Notes: generated by a model from the sequence alone, not told the origin. 63,847 bases of DNA, filler included, from 11 parts of 11 records of this genome joined end to end with filler, not necessarily neighbours in it, one strand, 5' to 3'; positions 33,775 to 46,154 are shown, counted from the whole stretch's first letter. Numbers and translations: made by a program.

Positions 33775-36231
33775 ATGGCAGCGACGCTGTCGGGGCCGGC
33801 CTTGCGGTTGTGTGAGGAGTACTTTGAGCTGAACGACCGGGACCGGACCGGGTGGCTCGAGCTGGACGAGTACCTGCAGGTGGACGCGCTGGTCCGCCGG
33901 CACCTGGGCCAACCGGACCAACCGGAGCTGGCGGCCGCCGAGTTCGAAAAAATCGACGCCAACGGTGACAAACGGCTCAGCCGGGACGAGTTCATAACTG
34001 GGTTCTCGGCCGCCTTCGCCAAGATGCCCGAGTCGCAGGTGCTCGCCAGTCTCACCAAGGTGCGCCCTGCCGTTTAGCTCCCACCGTCGGCCCTGGGGTC
34101 TAGCTCGGGCGGCAGGCGGTGGACGACTTGCGGGCAGCCCTCCACGGCGCGCCCGGCTCGCCCGGCTCTGCAGCCCAACGGACGCTAGAGGCCACGCAGC
34201 TGCTGCAGGGCGACCTGGACAGGGTGCAGCAGGAGCGCGGGCTGGCAAACTCGCCGGCGGTCGGTGGGCTGCTGGCTAAGCTGGCTGCGATCGTGGACCA
34301 GCTGGAGCAGCTGGCCGGACTGCCGGTGCGCGTGCCGTACGAGCAGGGCCTTGATGGGATGATCCCGCACGCCACGCCAGCGCTTCCTCTGTGTGAGACC
34401 GCCGAGCTGATCAAGCACAGCAGGTACGTGCTCAATGTGCTCAAGTGCGACGCGCCCGATCCGGCGAGCGATGCCGTCGAGGCTCAGCTCAGGCGGCAGC
34501 TTGGCCGGCTGGTGCGCATATTCGAGCGGCAGCTGGAGGCGGCGGGCGGCGGGCTGGCAAGGCTGGACTGGAGCCAGCGCGCGGCTGTGCATGCGCATGT
34601 GAGCGGGCTCAAGCAGCTGGCCACTGTGCTCGGGGTAGAGAGGGCTGTGAGTCTTGAGCTAGCCCGTGGGCTGCTAGAGCCTTTGGTGCAGCCCTCGCTC
34701 AGTCTGGCCGAGCTGCCCGGCCGGCTGGAGCAGTTCTGGGCGACCACAGCCGAGTTCGAGCGCCGTTTTGGATTCCTGGCGATCCAAAAGTGGCGAGTGC
34801 CGCACAAGTTGGCAAGGTTCTTTTGCAGCGTCATCAAGATGCAACTAGAGGACGCGATCGAGACGCATTGGGGGGCGGGCGACCCAGAAGAGCAGCCCGT
34901 GCTGGATTGGCTGAACGGCTTGCACGCCGCCAGCTCGTTCGAGGCTCAGCTGGCTAAGCAGCTTCCGTCGGGCGGCTCGCCAGAGCAGCGGCGTGGCTCG
35001 AACGGGCCACACATCGATGAGTTCTTTGAGACTGGCGGGCTGAGCGAGCTGCTAGTCGGCTGCTACGAGCACTACGTGCTGTTCGAGCAGGCCAGGATGC
35101 AGCAGCTGCTCACAGAGGTGGCGCAGCTCCCGGAGGTGTTTGCGACTCGAGTCGAACAAACCGGCGTGTTCAGCGGGAGCAGCACGCTCTTTCTGAGGAT
35201 CCGCCAAGTGATGCAACGGGCCCGGGCCATGCCGCGCAGCCAACAGGTGCTCGGGGCCTTGTACGCTCAGGTGTTCTTCCCGGCGCTCGAGCAGTACGCG
35301 CTCTTCCTGCGCAGCTGCCTGGATCAAGTGGCTGGCCAGGAGGAGCCGATCGAGGCTTGCCTGGCGGTGGTGAGTTCAGCCGACTATTGCATCGAGCTGG
35401 CGCCCCAGCTGGAGGCCGAGCTGCAGGAGCTTGCTGGCCTAGACCACGGCGAGGCCGAGCGCGACTCGCTCGGCCGTGCGTTCGTGACTGCAAAGCACGA
35501 GGCCTCGCTGGTGGTGCTGCGGCTGGCGCTGGAGATTGTGGCACCAGCGTTACAGCGGGCGGTGCCGGGCGGGTCTGTGACCGAGGAGCTGAATAAGGTG
35601 CTAGTCGGGCCGAGAGGGCTGGTGAGTAAGTTCACCAGCCTGTGCACCGACGACTACTCGCTTGTGGTGGTCAAGTTTGCTGCACAGACGATTCGTGAGT
35701 ACAAGAAGTGTCTGCTCGGGTGCAGGAAGCTCAGCCTGGGGGCGGTGGAAGGGCTGCTGTCGGAGAGTGTGCAGCTCCAGCTGATGCTGATGGGTGCGCT
35801 CGCCAGCGACGATGTGCTGGTCCAGGAGACGATTCACAGTGAGATGCGACCGACCATCGGGATATTGGAGGCGATGCAGGCTGATACCAGTGACAAGGTG
35901 TGCTCTATTGCTGCCGCTGCCGCTCAGGGCGCGGGGGCAGGTGCGTGTGTTCCTTAACCGCGTGGGCGGGTCCGAGACCGAGTTCTGCCAAATGCTCGAG
36001 GCGCTGGCCGACCTGGACCGCCGGACTCGGAAGGCGCTTTTAGATCAATTCCGCCGGACTCAAAAGATGGAGAGGACCGACTCGTCCGAAGTGGCCAGGC
36101 TGGATGTGAGCGAGTCGCGCTTCAAGGCGCTCGATCCTAGGAAGTGGAAAGATAAGGTCGCCTCAGGGGTCGATAAGGTGGGCAACAAGGTAGGCAAGTT
36201 CACTGACTTCTTTTTCGGTAACGATGACTGA
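33775..36231 (+). CDS. EF-hand pair fused to a divergent Vps53-like (GARP/EARP) protein, 3 exons
   Basis: DRDRTGWLELDEY and DANGDKRLSRDEF. Intron 34060-34115 joins in frame to WRVPHKLARFFC, SSTLFLRIRQ, VVSSADYCIELAPQLE and CRKLSLGAVEGLL (Vps53-like); intron 35898-35940. Confidence 0.6.
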
Positions 36232-36433
36232 TGTACATGTATGACTGATGCCGATTGCACAGACTATCTTATATAATAATCGTATAATCTCGACTACCGC
36301 GAGTTATGTTAAAAAAGCCTTACAAGTGTGTAATGTACCATGCGCCTTTATTAGATTTGCATAGACAGTCATCTCACGTGACTTGAAATCTCTACGCTGA
36401 GGCTCGGCGGATTAGGCACGCAAAGCGTGCTTG

Positions 36434-37942
36434 TTAGGCACACGGGCAGATCCGGTGTGTCATCGGGTGGCTGTGTTCGCACGAGCTCTTCCGCGGGTTA
36501 GTGGTCACCAGGCAGCTCTTGGGCATGTTGTCCCGTTTAGCCTTCGGGTCCACGTAGCACGGCTGCCCCTGTGGCTCACCCGGCGGCCGAGGGCCTGGCT
36601 CGCCTGCTCTGGCCCAATATGGTACACACAGCCACCCTCGCACTCGAACTTTGCCTCCAGGTGCTCACAGCTGTTGATCGCAGCCAGTTGATCGCGCCGG
36701 CACTTGCGCTTATGGCCTGCGCACACCTTGTCGCAGCTCTGGCCGCGCGCGCCGGCCTCTACCCGCTGCAGCCGGCTGAGCAGCAGCTGGCCGGCGCACT
36801 CACCACCCCCGCGGCCAGCTTTAAGTCGACCAGCCCAGGCCGCTCCCCGATCAGCTTGGGCTGCTTCCCGGGCTGGCAGACCAGCTTGCCCCAACTCGGG
36901 ATCGGCCCGGCTGCCCCAGCTCAGCTGTTGGCAGGTCGCCTGGCACCGTCTTTGGCGCAGCGCTGCGTGCCTATGGAGAGGTCCCCGTTGGGGCAGCTCG
37001 AGAGCTGGAACATCTCCACCGGGACCATCAGCGCAGCCAGAAGCTCAAAGCACTTGGGCGTGTCCCGGTTGCCCTGCAAGAGAATCAGCCAAATCTGCTC
37101 GGTAATGAGACTATCACCTTGCCGAGAGAGGAGACTTTGCCCAGGTGCTCCCAGAGCTGCCAACGGAAGGCCGCATTCGGCCGGCCTTTAAAGTGGGCCT
37201 TGGCCTTGGGAGTCTCGGAGGCGAACCACTGCCCGGTCGGTCGGGGCTGGCGCGGCGGCTCTCACCTCCACCACCAGATGGTCGGGCGGCCTGGCACTTA
37301 GCCGGCTTTCTAGGTAGTCCCCGAACACGCGGAGATCGGCCCGCTTGAAGAAGAGCCCGTTCATCCCGTAGGACAGCCTCAGCACGCTCCAGTCTGCCGC
37401 CCGGCTCGCCTTGCCCGCCGCATAGTGCACGGCCGTCAGTCCGCCCGGGCACATCTCCATGTCATCCTCCATGAACAGGAAATGGTCGGCCCCCACCGCC
37501 TCGGCCCGGTCGGCCCAGAGCTGGATCGAGCTGACAAGATCGAGCGACTGCCGCCGCACCTTCTTGTTGGGCTTATTGACGTCGCTGGTCTCTGGCCGGT
37601 TGGGGGTCGGGTCGGGCAGCCGGTGCGCATTCTCTGTAAAGTGCCAGCCGGCGGTCTGGGCGTAGAGGGCCTGGGCCTCTGTGAACACCGCGTGCTGCCC
37701 AGGCCGATGGTTGACCACGTGCACGTGCACCCGGCCCTCGAACACCGAGCCTGCCAGCTCCCGCTCGAGCGCCGCCAGCGCAGTGGCCAGGTAGCTGCCG
37801 GCCGGTGAGACCGCCAGGACCAGCCGCACCGTATATCGCCCTTGCGCGGCACGGTCGAGATCCCGATCAGCAGCCAGGCCCCCTCCGCCGCCGCCGCCCC
37901 CAGCAGCAGGGCCAGCCCCAGGACCAGACGCCCCACCGGCAT
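36434..37942 (-). CDS. MGAT4-like (GT54) glycosyltransferase with Cys-rich C-terminal domain like that of MGAT5/GT18; 7 exons
   Basis: Signal/anchor; IGISTVPR..YL..AL, FLFMEDD, EHLGKVSSL; C-terminal GQSCDKVC...INSC...GPEQP...SCEHSHPMTHRICPC; six 35-44-nt introns traced (36603-36563 is GC-AG). Confidence 0.72.
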
Positions 37943-37996
37943 GGGGGCTGCTGCCGTTGGAGTGCGCTATCCTGGTCCCCTGTCACACGGGTGGGT

Positions 37997-38683
37997 ATGG
38001 TGCGGAGCGACCTGGAGTGCCACCTGTACCGGCCGTCGCTGCCGGGGGACGGGCTGCCTCTAGAAGAGACGGACCTGTCAGCCTGGTTCGCCCACCGGTA
38101 CGCGGGCCGCTCGTTCTGCATGATGCCTGGGACTGACAACCTGCTCGAGCTGCGCCGGAGGGCCGGGCTAAACCTGCCCCCCCGGCCGCAGACCGAGCCG
38201 CTGCCCTCGTCTTTCCGGAAGCGGCGGCCCAAGACGGATGCCCGACCGCTGACCAACACGGGGCAGAAGATGGTGGTGGTGGGCGGTCAGAAGTTCTGTG
38301 TTATGCACTACCACCCCAAGACCGGATACAAGACCAAGGGGCTCCAGCCGATGCAACCCATGCCGCACAGCCAGTACACCCACCACTACCAGCCGCCACT
38401 CAGGTACTCGGGCCACATGGACAAGCCCCTTGTCCCATATAGCCCGGACGCCCAACGTTCCAGGCTGCCCAGGGCTGACGAGCTAGGCGAAAAGACAACC
38501 GCTGGGGCCCGGTACTGCCGGCCGCGGAACATCAGTTGGCCGGGCGGTCTGGTGGACCCGAATATGAGCCACAACGACGAGAATCGGTTCAAGACTACGA
38601 ACAGAGTGTTCCACGAGAGGCCGATCAGCCGGGACTTGGGGTACGAGGAGCTGCGAATAAAGCACTCCAAGCTGTACAAGTAG
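37997..38683 (+). CDS. Hypothetical basic Pro/Tyr-rich protein
   Basis: ATG 37997 within the 292-aa ORF; composition resembles ciliary microtubule-inner proteins (weak). Confidence 0.55.
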   Translation: MVRSDLECHLYRPSLPGDGLPLEETDLSAWFAHRYAGRSFCMMPGTDNLLELRRRAGLNLPPRPQTEPLPSSFRKRRPKTDARPLTNTGQKMVVVGGQKFCVMHYHPKTGYKTKGLQPMQPMPHSQYTHHYQPPLRYSGHMDKPLVPYSPDAQRSRLPRADELGEKTTAGARYCRPRNISWPGGLVDPNMSHNDENRFKTTNRVFHERPISRDLGYEELRIKHSKLYK

Positions 38684-38794
38684 CCGCCTAGCTCCAGGCG
38701 GCCCTATAGTGGTAGGTCGAAGTGACGAACACAATGTATATTTATAGTGCATTCCTTCATGATATAAATATGACGATGAAGGTACAGTATCACC

Positions 38795-39385
38795 TTACAA
38801 GTCGTAAAGACCTCTGTGTCTACGGATTCGTACCTGACCGACAACTGCCCTAACGGCGATGTCTGAGGCTCGCAGCCACACCTGGACTGAGCCGGGGCCG
38901 CTGGGGATGAGCCTGCGGGCGTGCCCTGATGGCGGGGTGGCCGTCGCGGACCTCACGATCCCGGGGCTCCCCGACTGGTTGCTCCACCGCCGGCTCATCC
39001 AGGCGCCCAGCCCCCGGCCGGCCTGACGGCGCGGCAGGTGGACCAGCGACCTGTAGAGGCTGCTGAGTTCTCCGCGGTGGTCGAGGCGCTCAAGCAGAGC
39101 AGCCGACCAACTACTGTCTTATTCGGGCCGGCCGCCAGCCCCCCGGTGGCCGGTGACGAGCTGGCGGCCGGGGCCAAGTGGTACACGCATGCTCTGGCGG
39201 CGGTGTTGTTTGGGATCGGGCTGTACTGGCTGATGCTCCAGATAAACCCGTCTCGTGCCAGCCCGAGCTCGCAGAGCTGACCAGCGCGGGCCAGCGGGCG
39301 GCCACAGCGCTTGCACAGCTCGCCGGTCCGACCAGCAGAGCACAGGCGGCACTGCACTGCCTATTCGCGCCTGTATCAGTGACAT
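38795..39385 (-). CDS. Hypothetical multi-exon protein
   Basis: Consecutive minus-strand coding-like segments with short intron-like gaps; no recognisable motif. Confidence 0.3.
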
Positions 39386-39523
39386 GCGCAAGCCCTGCGT
39401 CGGAGCTCTAAACTGTACACTTAAAGGATCAATACATGTACAAAGTCACAATAAACAGCCAGTGAATCTGTTTGTATCTTGGTGAAGCGTGTGAGAGGTG
39501 CGCCTGCATAAGGCGCGGTGCAT

Positions 39524-39623
39524 NNNNNNNNNNNNNNNNNNNNNNNNNNNNNNNNNNNNNNNNNNNNTTAATTAATTAANNNNNNNNNNNNNNNNNNNNN
39601 NNNNNNNNNNNNNNNNNNNNNNN
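39524..39623. other. Artificial contig spacer
   Basis: N-TTAATTAATTAA-N linker. Confidence 0.98.
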
Positions 39624-39891
39624 GCTTCGGCATGGCTCGAAATTAGGATGCCCATCAATGCCCTGAGAGAAAGCCGCGTGCGCCTGCCGCCAACCCGGCC
39701 CATGAGCGGTCGGCAATGTGAGCACCGGCTATAGGAAGGCGGGCGCGCACCTGGTAGCTAGCTGAGGTGCCGCAGCCGGCGTACGGGTTCTGGTCGGCAA
39801 GCTTGAGCCCGAGCACGACCGTGCCAACGGTGAGCCCGATCGCGGTGGTGGCCAGGATGAGCACGACGAACGGCCAGGGTCGCAGCTCCAT
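39624..39891 (-). CDS. 5' fragment of a signal-anchor protein (truncated)
   Basis: MELRPWPFVVLILATTAIGLTVGTVVLGL TM segment, then an intron-like GTGCGC...GCAG. Confidence 0.4.
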
Positions 39892-40081
39892 GTTTGTGTT
39901 TGGTCGAGGTGGGGCGCCAACCGTAAGGCTGATGCTGAGTTACGAGGGCGCTGTGCTCTTGGTCGTGTATGATATGACTCGCCTTCTCGGGTCTCGGTCG
40001 TAGAACTCGGCCCCCCCGTGCAGGGAGTGGGTGCTTTTAATAACGGATTGCCGTTGATTGGCACCTACACCAGCAGCTGCT

Positions 40082-41764
40082 ATGCCGTCGTCCGATGTGC
40101 CGTCGCCAAAGCGGCCGCGGCTGGTCAACCCGGTGCGCTCCGAGCACATCCAGCCGACCGGGCCGTGCTTCTCGATGGGCCTCGACACATTCCCTGTGCC
40201 AATGGCCCTCCACGCCGGCAACCGCGCCCGTCTGTGCGACCGGATGCGAGATGCCGGTGAGCCACCCCCGGGCGGCGGGCCGAGCGGCGGGCAGGTCACC
40301 AGTCGGGGCTGGTGCTGCTGCAGGGCGGGGCCCAGACCAGCCAGTACGATACCGATACCGAAATTGTATTCCGGCAGGAGAGTTACTTCAACTATCTGTT
40401 TGGGGTCAAGGAGCCGGGCTTCTTCGGCGCGGTGGACTTGGCCAACGGAGAGGCCACCTTGTTCGCCCCGCGGCTGCCGCCAGAGTACGCGATCTGGGGC
40501 GGGGCGATACAGCCGTTGGATTACTTCCGGCAGAGCTACGCTGTGACCGGCTGCCTGTACTCCGATGAGCTGCTGGCATGGGTCCACAGCAAGCTCAGCC
40601 CGGACCAGACCGTGTACCTGCTTTATGGTGTGCCCCGGCCGCGCGGGGCTGATCCGAGGGCAGGGCTGAATACAGACTCCGGAGAGTACACTAAGACAAC
40701 AGCTGAGCTGCCAGGACTCGAGCGGCCGGTCGACAAGGCGGCGCTCCATCCGATACTCGCCGAGTGCAGGGTACTCAAGTCGGATCTGGAGCTGGATCTA
40801 ATGCGGTACGTCTCGTGGGTGACTTCGATGGCGCACGCCGAGGTGATGAAAAGGGTCAAAGCTGGGATGGCAGAGTATCAGCTCGAGGCTTTGTTCCACC
40901 ATCACACATATACACACGGCGGCTGCCGGCACCTGGCCTACACTTGCATCTGCGCGTGCGGGCCAAACGCCTCTACGCTGCACTACGGGCACGCTGGGGC
41001 GCCCAACTCGCGGATACTGGAATCAACAGACATTGCGTTGCTTGACATGGGAGCGGAGTACCATTGCTATTGCTCTGATATCACCTGCTCCTTCCCGGTA
41101 CCCGCGCACCGGCCCGGCCGCTCACTGCCGGCAGGTGGGCAGGACCTTTAGTGCGGACCAGGCCTTGATCTATCAAGGCGTGCTCAATGCGCAGCAGGCC
41201 GTGTTTGCAGAGCTTCGGCCCGGGACAGACTGGACGCAGATGCACCGGGTGAGCTGGCGGGCGCTGCTCACACAGCTCAAGACCGCCGGGGTGCTGACTG
41301 GCGAGCTGGATGCCATGATCAGCGCCGGGCTCGGTGCAGTGTTCATGCCGTGTGGGCTCGGGCACTTTATTGGATGTGACACGCACGACGTGGGAGGCTA
41401 CTTGCCCGGCTACCCAGAGCGGCCGGCCGAGAGAGGGATAAACAAACTGAGGACCGCCCGGCTTTTGGAGGCCGGGATGGTGCTCACAGTGGAGCCCGGG
41501 ATCTACTTTATTGATTCGCTGCTCGACGAGGCGCTCGAGAATGAGGCGCAAGCTCAGTTCATTGTGCCGGCCCGGCTGGCCGATTTCCGAGGGTTTGGCG
41601 GAGTGCGGCTGGAGGATGTGTTGGCCATCACCGCGGATGGGTTTGAGAACTACACGCTCTGTCCGAGGACGCTCGAGGAAGTCGAGGCCGTGTGTGCAGG
41701 CGGCGAATGGCCACCTGCGGTGGACAAGGCTCCATTGTTGCGCCGCAAGTGGATGCACATGTAG
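40082..41764 (+). CDS. PEPD: Xaa-Pro dipeptidase (prolidase, M24B), 4 exons
   Basis: FRQESYFNYLFGV, LHYGHAGAPN, LLDMGAEYHCYCSDITCSFP, GLGHFIGCDTHDVGGY, TVEPGIYF, GGVRLED; introns 40257-40294, 40628-40663, 41098-41134. Confidence 0.93.
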
Positions 41765-42274
41765 TTAACCGAATTAAACATACGATATACAATGTTCCTA
41801 CGCAATTGTATATAGCTTTAATACAATAAAATTGTGCGTGTCCGCCTGTCGTGGGTGTGTCAACTCAAGTTGGCGGCTTAGCTCCGAACTATTGACGTCT
41901 CACCGACTCTCACGTCTTTACTCAGGCTGGTCTGGGAGCCACCGAACGTGCCCGCCTGCATGCTGGTCGGCACAAGTTCGCTTAGAGCTCCCTCCTATGG
42001 GCATATCAACTGCCTCTACATCGTGCCATCGCACTTGCCCAACCCAACATCGGTCAACTTGAAAGCCCTGACCATATAATCACGCTTTATGTTGGTTGGG
42101 TCAATGTGTGCGCGAAAGGATATGCATCTGCCTTTCCCCAGGCCCTCGCTCTTGGTGGCCGGTGTTGTGCCGTGGGCCCAAGACCCGAGTCCTTTGCCTC
42201 CTTTACCCTTTCCTTTACTCTTTCCGTACACCCTGCACAGAAGGCGTCAAACAGCATCGCCACGCCTATTGAGC

Positions 42275-42375
42275 GGCAAAGCGGGGTTGGTGTCAGGAGC
42301 TGGTGGCAAAGCGGGGCAGGTCTGACGGGGCAGTGGCAAAGCGGGGTTGGTGCCAGGGGTCGGCAGCGTTGGGGC
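42275..42375. repeat. 30-nt period tandem repeat, 3+ copies
   Basis: GGCAAAGCGGGG at 42275, 42305 and 42335; the minus strand reads TNPALPLPRQ-TCPALPPAPD-TNPALPLNR. Confidence 0.8.
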
Positions 42376-42580
42376 GGCTTTGGAGGCCCAAACAGGAGGC
42401 AAGACAGGCCAGCGCGAGACGGGGCAGGGTCCGCAAGCACGGCGGGCGACCAGCCCGACGGCCAGGGGGCTCACATGTGCTGATCCCTCTGGCTATCTTG
42501 CGCAGTCCGGACACGGCTGTCAGTTGCTTGCAGTCTTGATCCGTTGCGAGATCGGTCATCAGTCATTGCGTTGCTGCCGG

Positions 42581-44079
42581 ATGGTGCTCGCCCGAGCGTC
42601 GCTGGCCCGACGACTCGTTCGGCTGGGCCGGTCCAGCTCGACCAAGGCTGGGGCTGCTGCGGAGCTCGCTGTCTTCCCGGAGGCGCCCCCTCGCCCCTCG
42701 GCAGGCCGCCAGCCCAGACCAGGTCCCTGAGGCCTGGGCGGCACTCCGAGACGGCAAGTCGGCCAACGCCGTCTCGTTGCTCGGCCGGTGCGCCGCGGGG
42801 CCGGTCGGGCGCCAGCCGTGGGGGCAGCGTTGTTAGCGTATGCGATGGCATGGGCCCGGACCACCCGCTCGCTCTGGCTGCCCGCTGGGAGCTCGCGCGG
42901 GCGCATCGGCGGTGCGAACCATCGCGCCTCCCGGGGCCAGCGGGCTGGCCAGCGCCGGCCAGTGGGCTGAACACGAGTCAGAGCTGCTCGCGCTGATCGC
43001 TGCCGAGCCGAATGTCTCCCGCTGGCGGCTGAGCGCTGCCGCAGCCAGGCAGACCCGGCGGGCGGGCTAGCGGGTGACGCATGCCAGCTTGGCGCAGGGC
43101 CGCCCGGGGCAAGTAGAGCAGCTGCTGCCGGCCGGTGACGCGGAGGACACGCCGGAGGTGCAGCCGCTGGTGCAGCTGTACCGTGGAGCCGGCCTGGTGC
43201 GGGGGGCGCTGCAGCTGTGAGCTGTGCGCCAGGTGGCTTCAGGGCAAGCTCACCAGGCGGACACCGCGTTTGCAGCGTCGGAGGCGGGCTGCTCGCCGGA
43301 CGTGAGCGTGCTGGCTCGCTGCCGGGCGCTGCTTGGGTGCAGTGGGTACCATCAGCTGGTGAAGGGGGATGCCAACAGGGCGGTGACTACTGGATAAAAC
43401 AGGCAGCTAACAGTCTGTTGCAGACCGAGCTGGCAAACCGCGCAGTCGATCTGCTGCAGGGCGACCAGTCGGGTTCGGAGCAGTGCCGGCCAGCTGTCTC
43501 AGTGCTGTGGCAGCCTCTATGAAACCCCGGGCTCTCTGCCAGCAAGGAACTCTCCTTCTAGACTCTGGAGATCTAGAGCGAGCCTCCACTGCGCTCCAGG
43601 CGCCAAGCCAGCCGCGCAAGCTGAGTCGGGTGCAGGCGGCGTGCGACGCGGCCGAGCACACTTGGATGCTTGCAGAGACCTTGGGCGAGCTTGGCCGGCT
43701 GTCGCTGAAGGCAGACAAGGCCGTGTCCGCAGAGGCGGGTCCGTAGGCCGCGCACGGGCTCAGGGCGAGTGCAGGGATTCTTCCGAGGAGCGCTGGCCAA
43801 GTGCGACGGGGAGCGGGCGCCGGGCCCACATGTGCGGCCGCAGCTGATGCTAACCTACGCAGAACTGCTCGAGGTGTGCGCGGTGCTACTAGAATCGCAA
43901 GCTCTTTGCTGCAGATGTGGGAGAACCGAGCAGCGGAGGGCGAGCGGATGCGGGCGCAGGCGGGGGAGGCGGTGGAGCGCACCGGGTATCCGACGTTGGA
44001 GCGGGCACGGCTAGTCTGGCCGATAGTCTGGGACGAGATGCAGCTCTCAGACGAGCTCGATGGCCAAGACCGCTCTTGA
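42581..44079 (+). CDS. Hypothetical helical protein with mitochondrial-type presequence, multi-exon
   Basis: MVLARASLARRLVRLGRSSST N-terminus; Ala/Leu-rich exons separated by short introns; last exon ends TGA 44079. Confidence 0.45.
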
Positions 44080-44293
44080 AAGCTTTAAGGGTCAATTGAA
44101 GCATCGAAGGTTCTGGCGTTGTTGCAGCTACACGTATCATGAATGTAAGATTGAGGTGATAAACCCATTTAAATTTCCAAGTTAACACTGCGGTTGCCGC
44201 CGGAAGGCAACCCAAGCCTTTTCATTCGTTAGACTATCTCGACTCGTGACCGGTCAACGCCCTCTCAGATCACCCGGACGAGAGACAGCAGCA

Positions 44294-45493
44294 ATGGCCC
44301 CCGCACTCAAGCTCCTGCTCCTCACCGCATTCACCGGACTGGCGGCCAGCGACGTGCTCCTCGAGGACTTTTCGTCGGCCCGGCTCCGCTGGCAGCAGCA
44401 GAATGACCCGGCGAGTCGCGCCCTGTGCAAGCGGTAACACTGACAAGGCACTCTGCAGGTGATGGGAGGCAAGTCCACGGGCAGCTTCACGATCAGCGGG
44501 CAGCTCGGGGTTTTCGACGGGGACGTTGTCGACGTGCCCTACCTCAAGGCGCCCGGTTTTATCAAAGCCACCGGCTCCGGCCAATTCGCAGACGCCTCCG
44601 GCTGCAAGAACCTGCAGCTGGAGCTTCGCACCAACAGCAGCTATCACGGATTCAGGGTGTCCATCGGGACCGCGCACGCCCCGGGCGGCAAGTTCTTCGC
44701 GTACGGGTACAAGGCTCCGTTCACGGTGCCAGCTGGGGACAAGTTCGCTCGGGTGTCCATCCCATTTGTGAACTTTTCGGACTATTGGGACGACGGCACC
44801 GGCAACCTGATCAAGACCTGCCAGGACGACAAGGTCTATTGCCCGGACCAGAAGACGCTCCGGGACATGAAGACTCTCTCGATCTGGGCCGAGGGCGTGG
44901 CCGGCAAGGTTCACCTCGAGATCAAGAGCCTCAGTGCCACGGGGTGCGGCTCAAACGACCTGGTGATCCCAGAAACCTCCAGCTCGTGCTCCGGCCCGAT
45001 CCAGCCCGACCTGCGGTACAACATCAGCCACACCCTGGCCGCCAATGACTGGGCGTTCCCGGTGCCACATGGCGACTCGCTGGCTGGAGCCGTGTGCTGC
45101 GACCCCGACTATGCAGCGTACGCCGAGCCTACCAAGATGTTCGCCAGGGCTGACGTTGATTTGTTCGGCAAGATGAACCAGAGCGGGACCACGACCTTCT
45201 ACGACAGTGTGTGCGGGCTGCCTCTGTTTGTGGTGCCACGGGGCCGCACGCTGGCTGAGTTCCAGGCTGACACGACTGAGCACGGCTGGCCGTCCTTCAG
45301 GGCCGAGGAACTGGTGGCTGGGAACAGCCACATCGTCAACGAGACCGGTGAGGTGCTGAGCAAGTGCGGAACCCATTTGGGCAGCTATCTTCCGGATGCC
45401 AAGGGTCCACGGTCAGTGCGAGCTTGGCTGCGTTATGTGACTGGGGCCAGGTGGTGCCTGGATCTGTCGTGCGTTGCAGGCAACCTCGCGTAG
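44294..45493 (+). CDS. Secreted CIA30-like domain + MsrB-like domain protein, 3 exons
   Basis: Signal peptide. Intron 44411-44458 (GC-AG) restores NDPVMGGKSTG (CIA30-like). FYDSVCGLPLF...HGWPSF...CGTHLG and, after intron 45412-45450, GPRWCLD (MsrB-like). Confidence 0.7.
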
Positions 45494-45648
45494 GCACACC
45501 GGGTCTGTGAGCCCAGAGTCTAGTCGGCTTCACAAGTTTCGTTCAGTATTACTTATATAGGCTACGTAGTCGGATTGCCAGTGCACGCACAATGCCCGAC
45601 GCTAGATCAATGTAATCCTCTATTACATTCTGTTATTAAGTCTACCTG

Positions 45649-46047
45649 TTAACTCCGTTCGAGCACGAGATTGAACAGCGCGCCGGGCCGGTCGCACGGG
45701 TTATGTGACTTGTGGATCACCATCTTACGCTCGTTGACTCTAGTGAGCGAGTGCCCTCCCCACTCCCACCAGACGCATGGGTGCGCCGTGCCCAGCCACG
45801 AACCGGCCTGCCGGGGGTCTCGTCTGAATGTACTGGTCCCCCCGAGGCAGCATGGCACCCCGCAGCTGCCGCAGCACGGCAGGCAGCAGAAGCAGCAGGT
45901 GCGATCTAGCGTTATCTGCACCAGCTCGCCTTGCTCGGCCAGAGTGACCTCCGAGCGCAGGTAGCACCGACAGCACTGGTGCATCCGCCACTGGCCGTCT
46001 AACCCGTCGAGCCCAGGGTCGGCCAACACCCTGCGCGTAGAGCCCAT
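45649..46047 (-). CDS. Small Cys-rich hypothetical protein
   Basis: 132-aa ORF starting MG, with a CCFCCLPCCGSCGVPCC cluster (palmitoylation-type). Confidence 0.5.
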   Translation of the reverse strand: MGSTRRVLADPGLDGLDGQWRMHQCCRCYLRSEVTLAEQGELVQITLDRTCCFCCLPCCGSCGVPCCLGGTSTFRRDPRQAGSWLGTAHPCVWWEWGGHSLTRVNERKMVIHKSHNPCDRPGALFNLVLERS

Positions 46048-46154
46048 GGTGCGGGCGGTGTGGAGGCAGCGTTGCCGTTACCGTTACCCGGCGTGATCCA
46101 GCTTCGATTTCGGGTGCCGCTGCTCGCCCGAGAGTGCAGCCGCTGTAGTCCACC

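Noticed and set aside
44192-44212. GGTTGCC-N7-GGCAACC inverted repeat resembling an RFX X-box
   Set aside because: The spacer is too long for an X-box and the downstream gene is not evidently ciliary.
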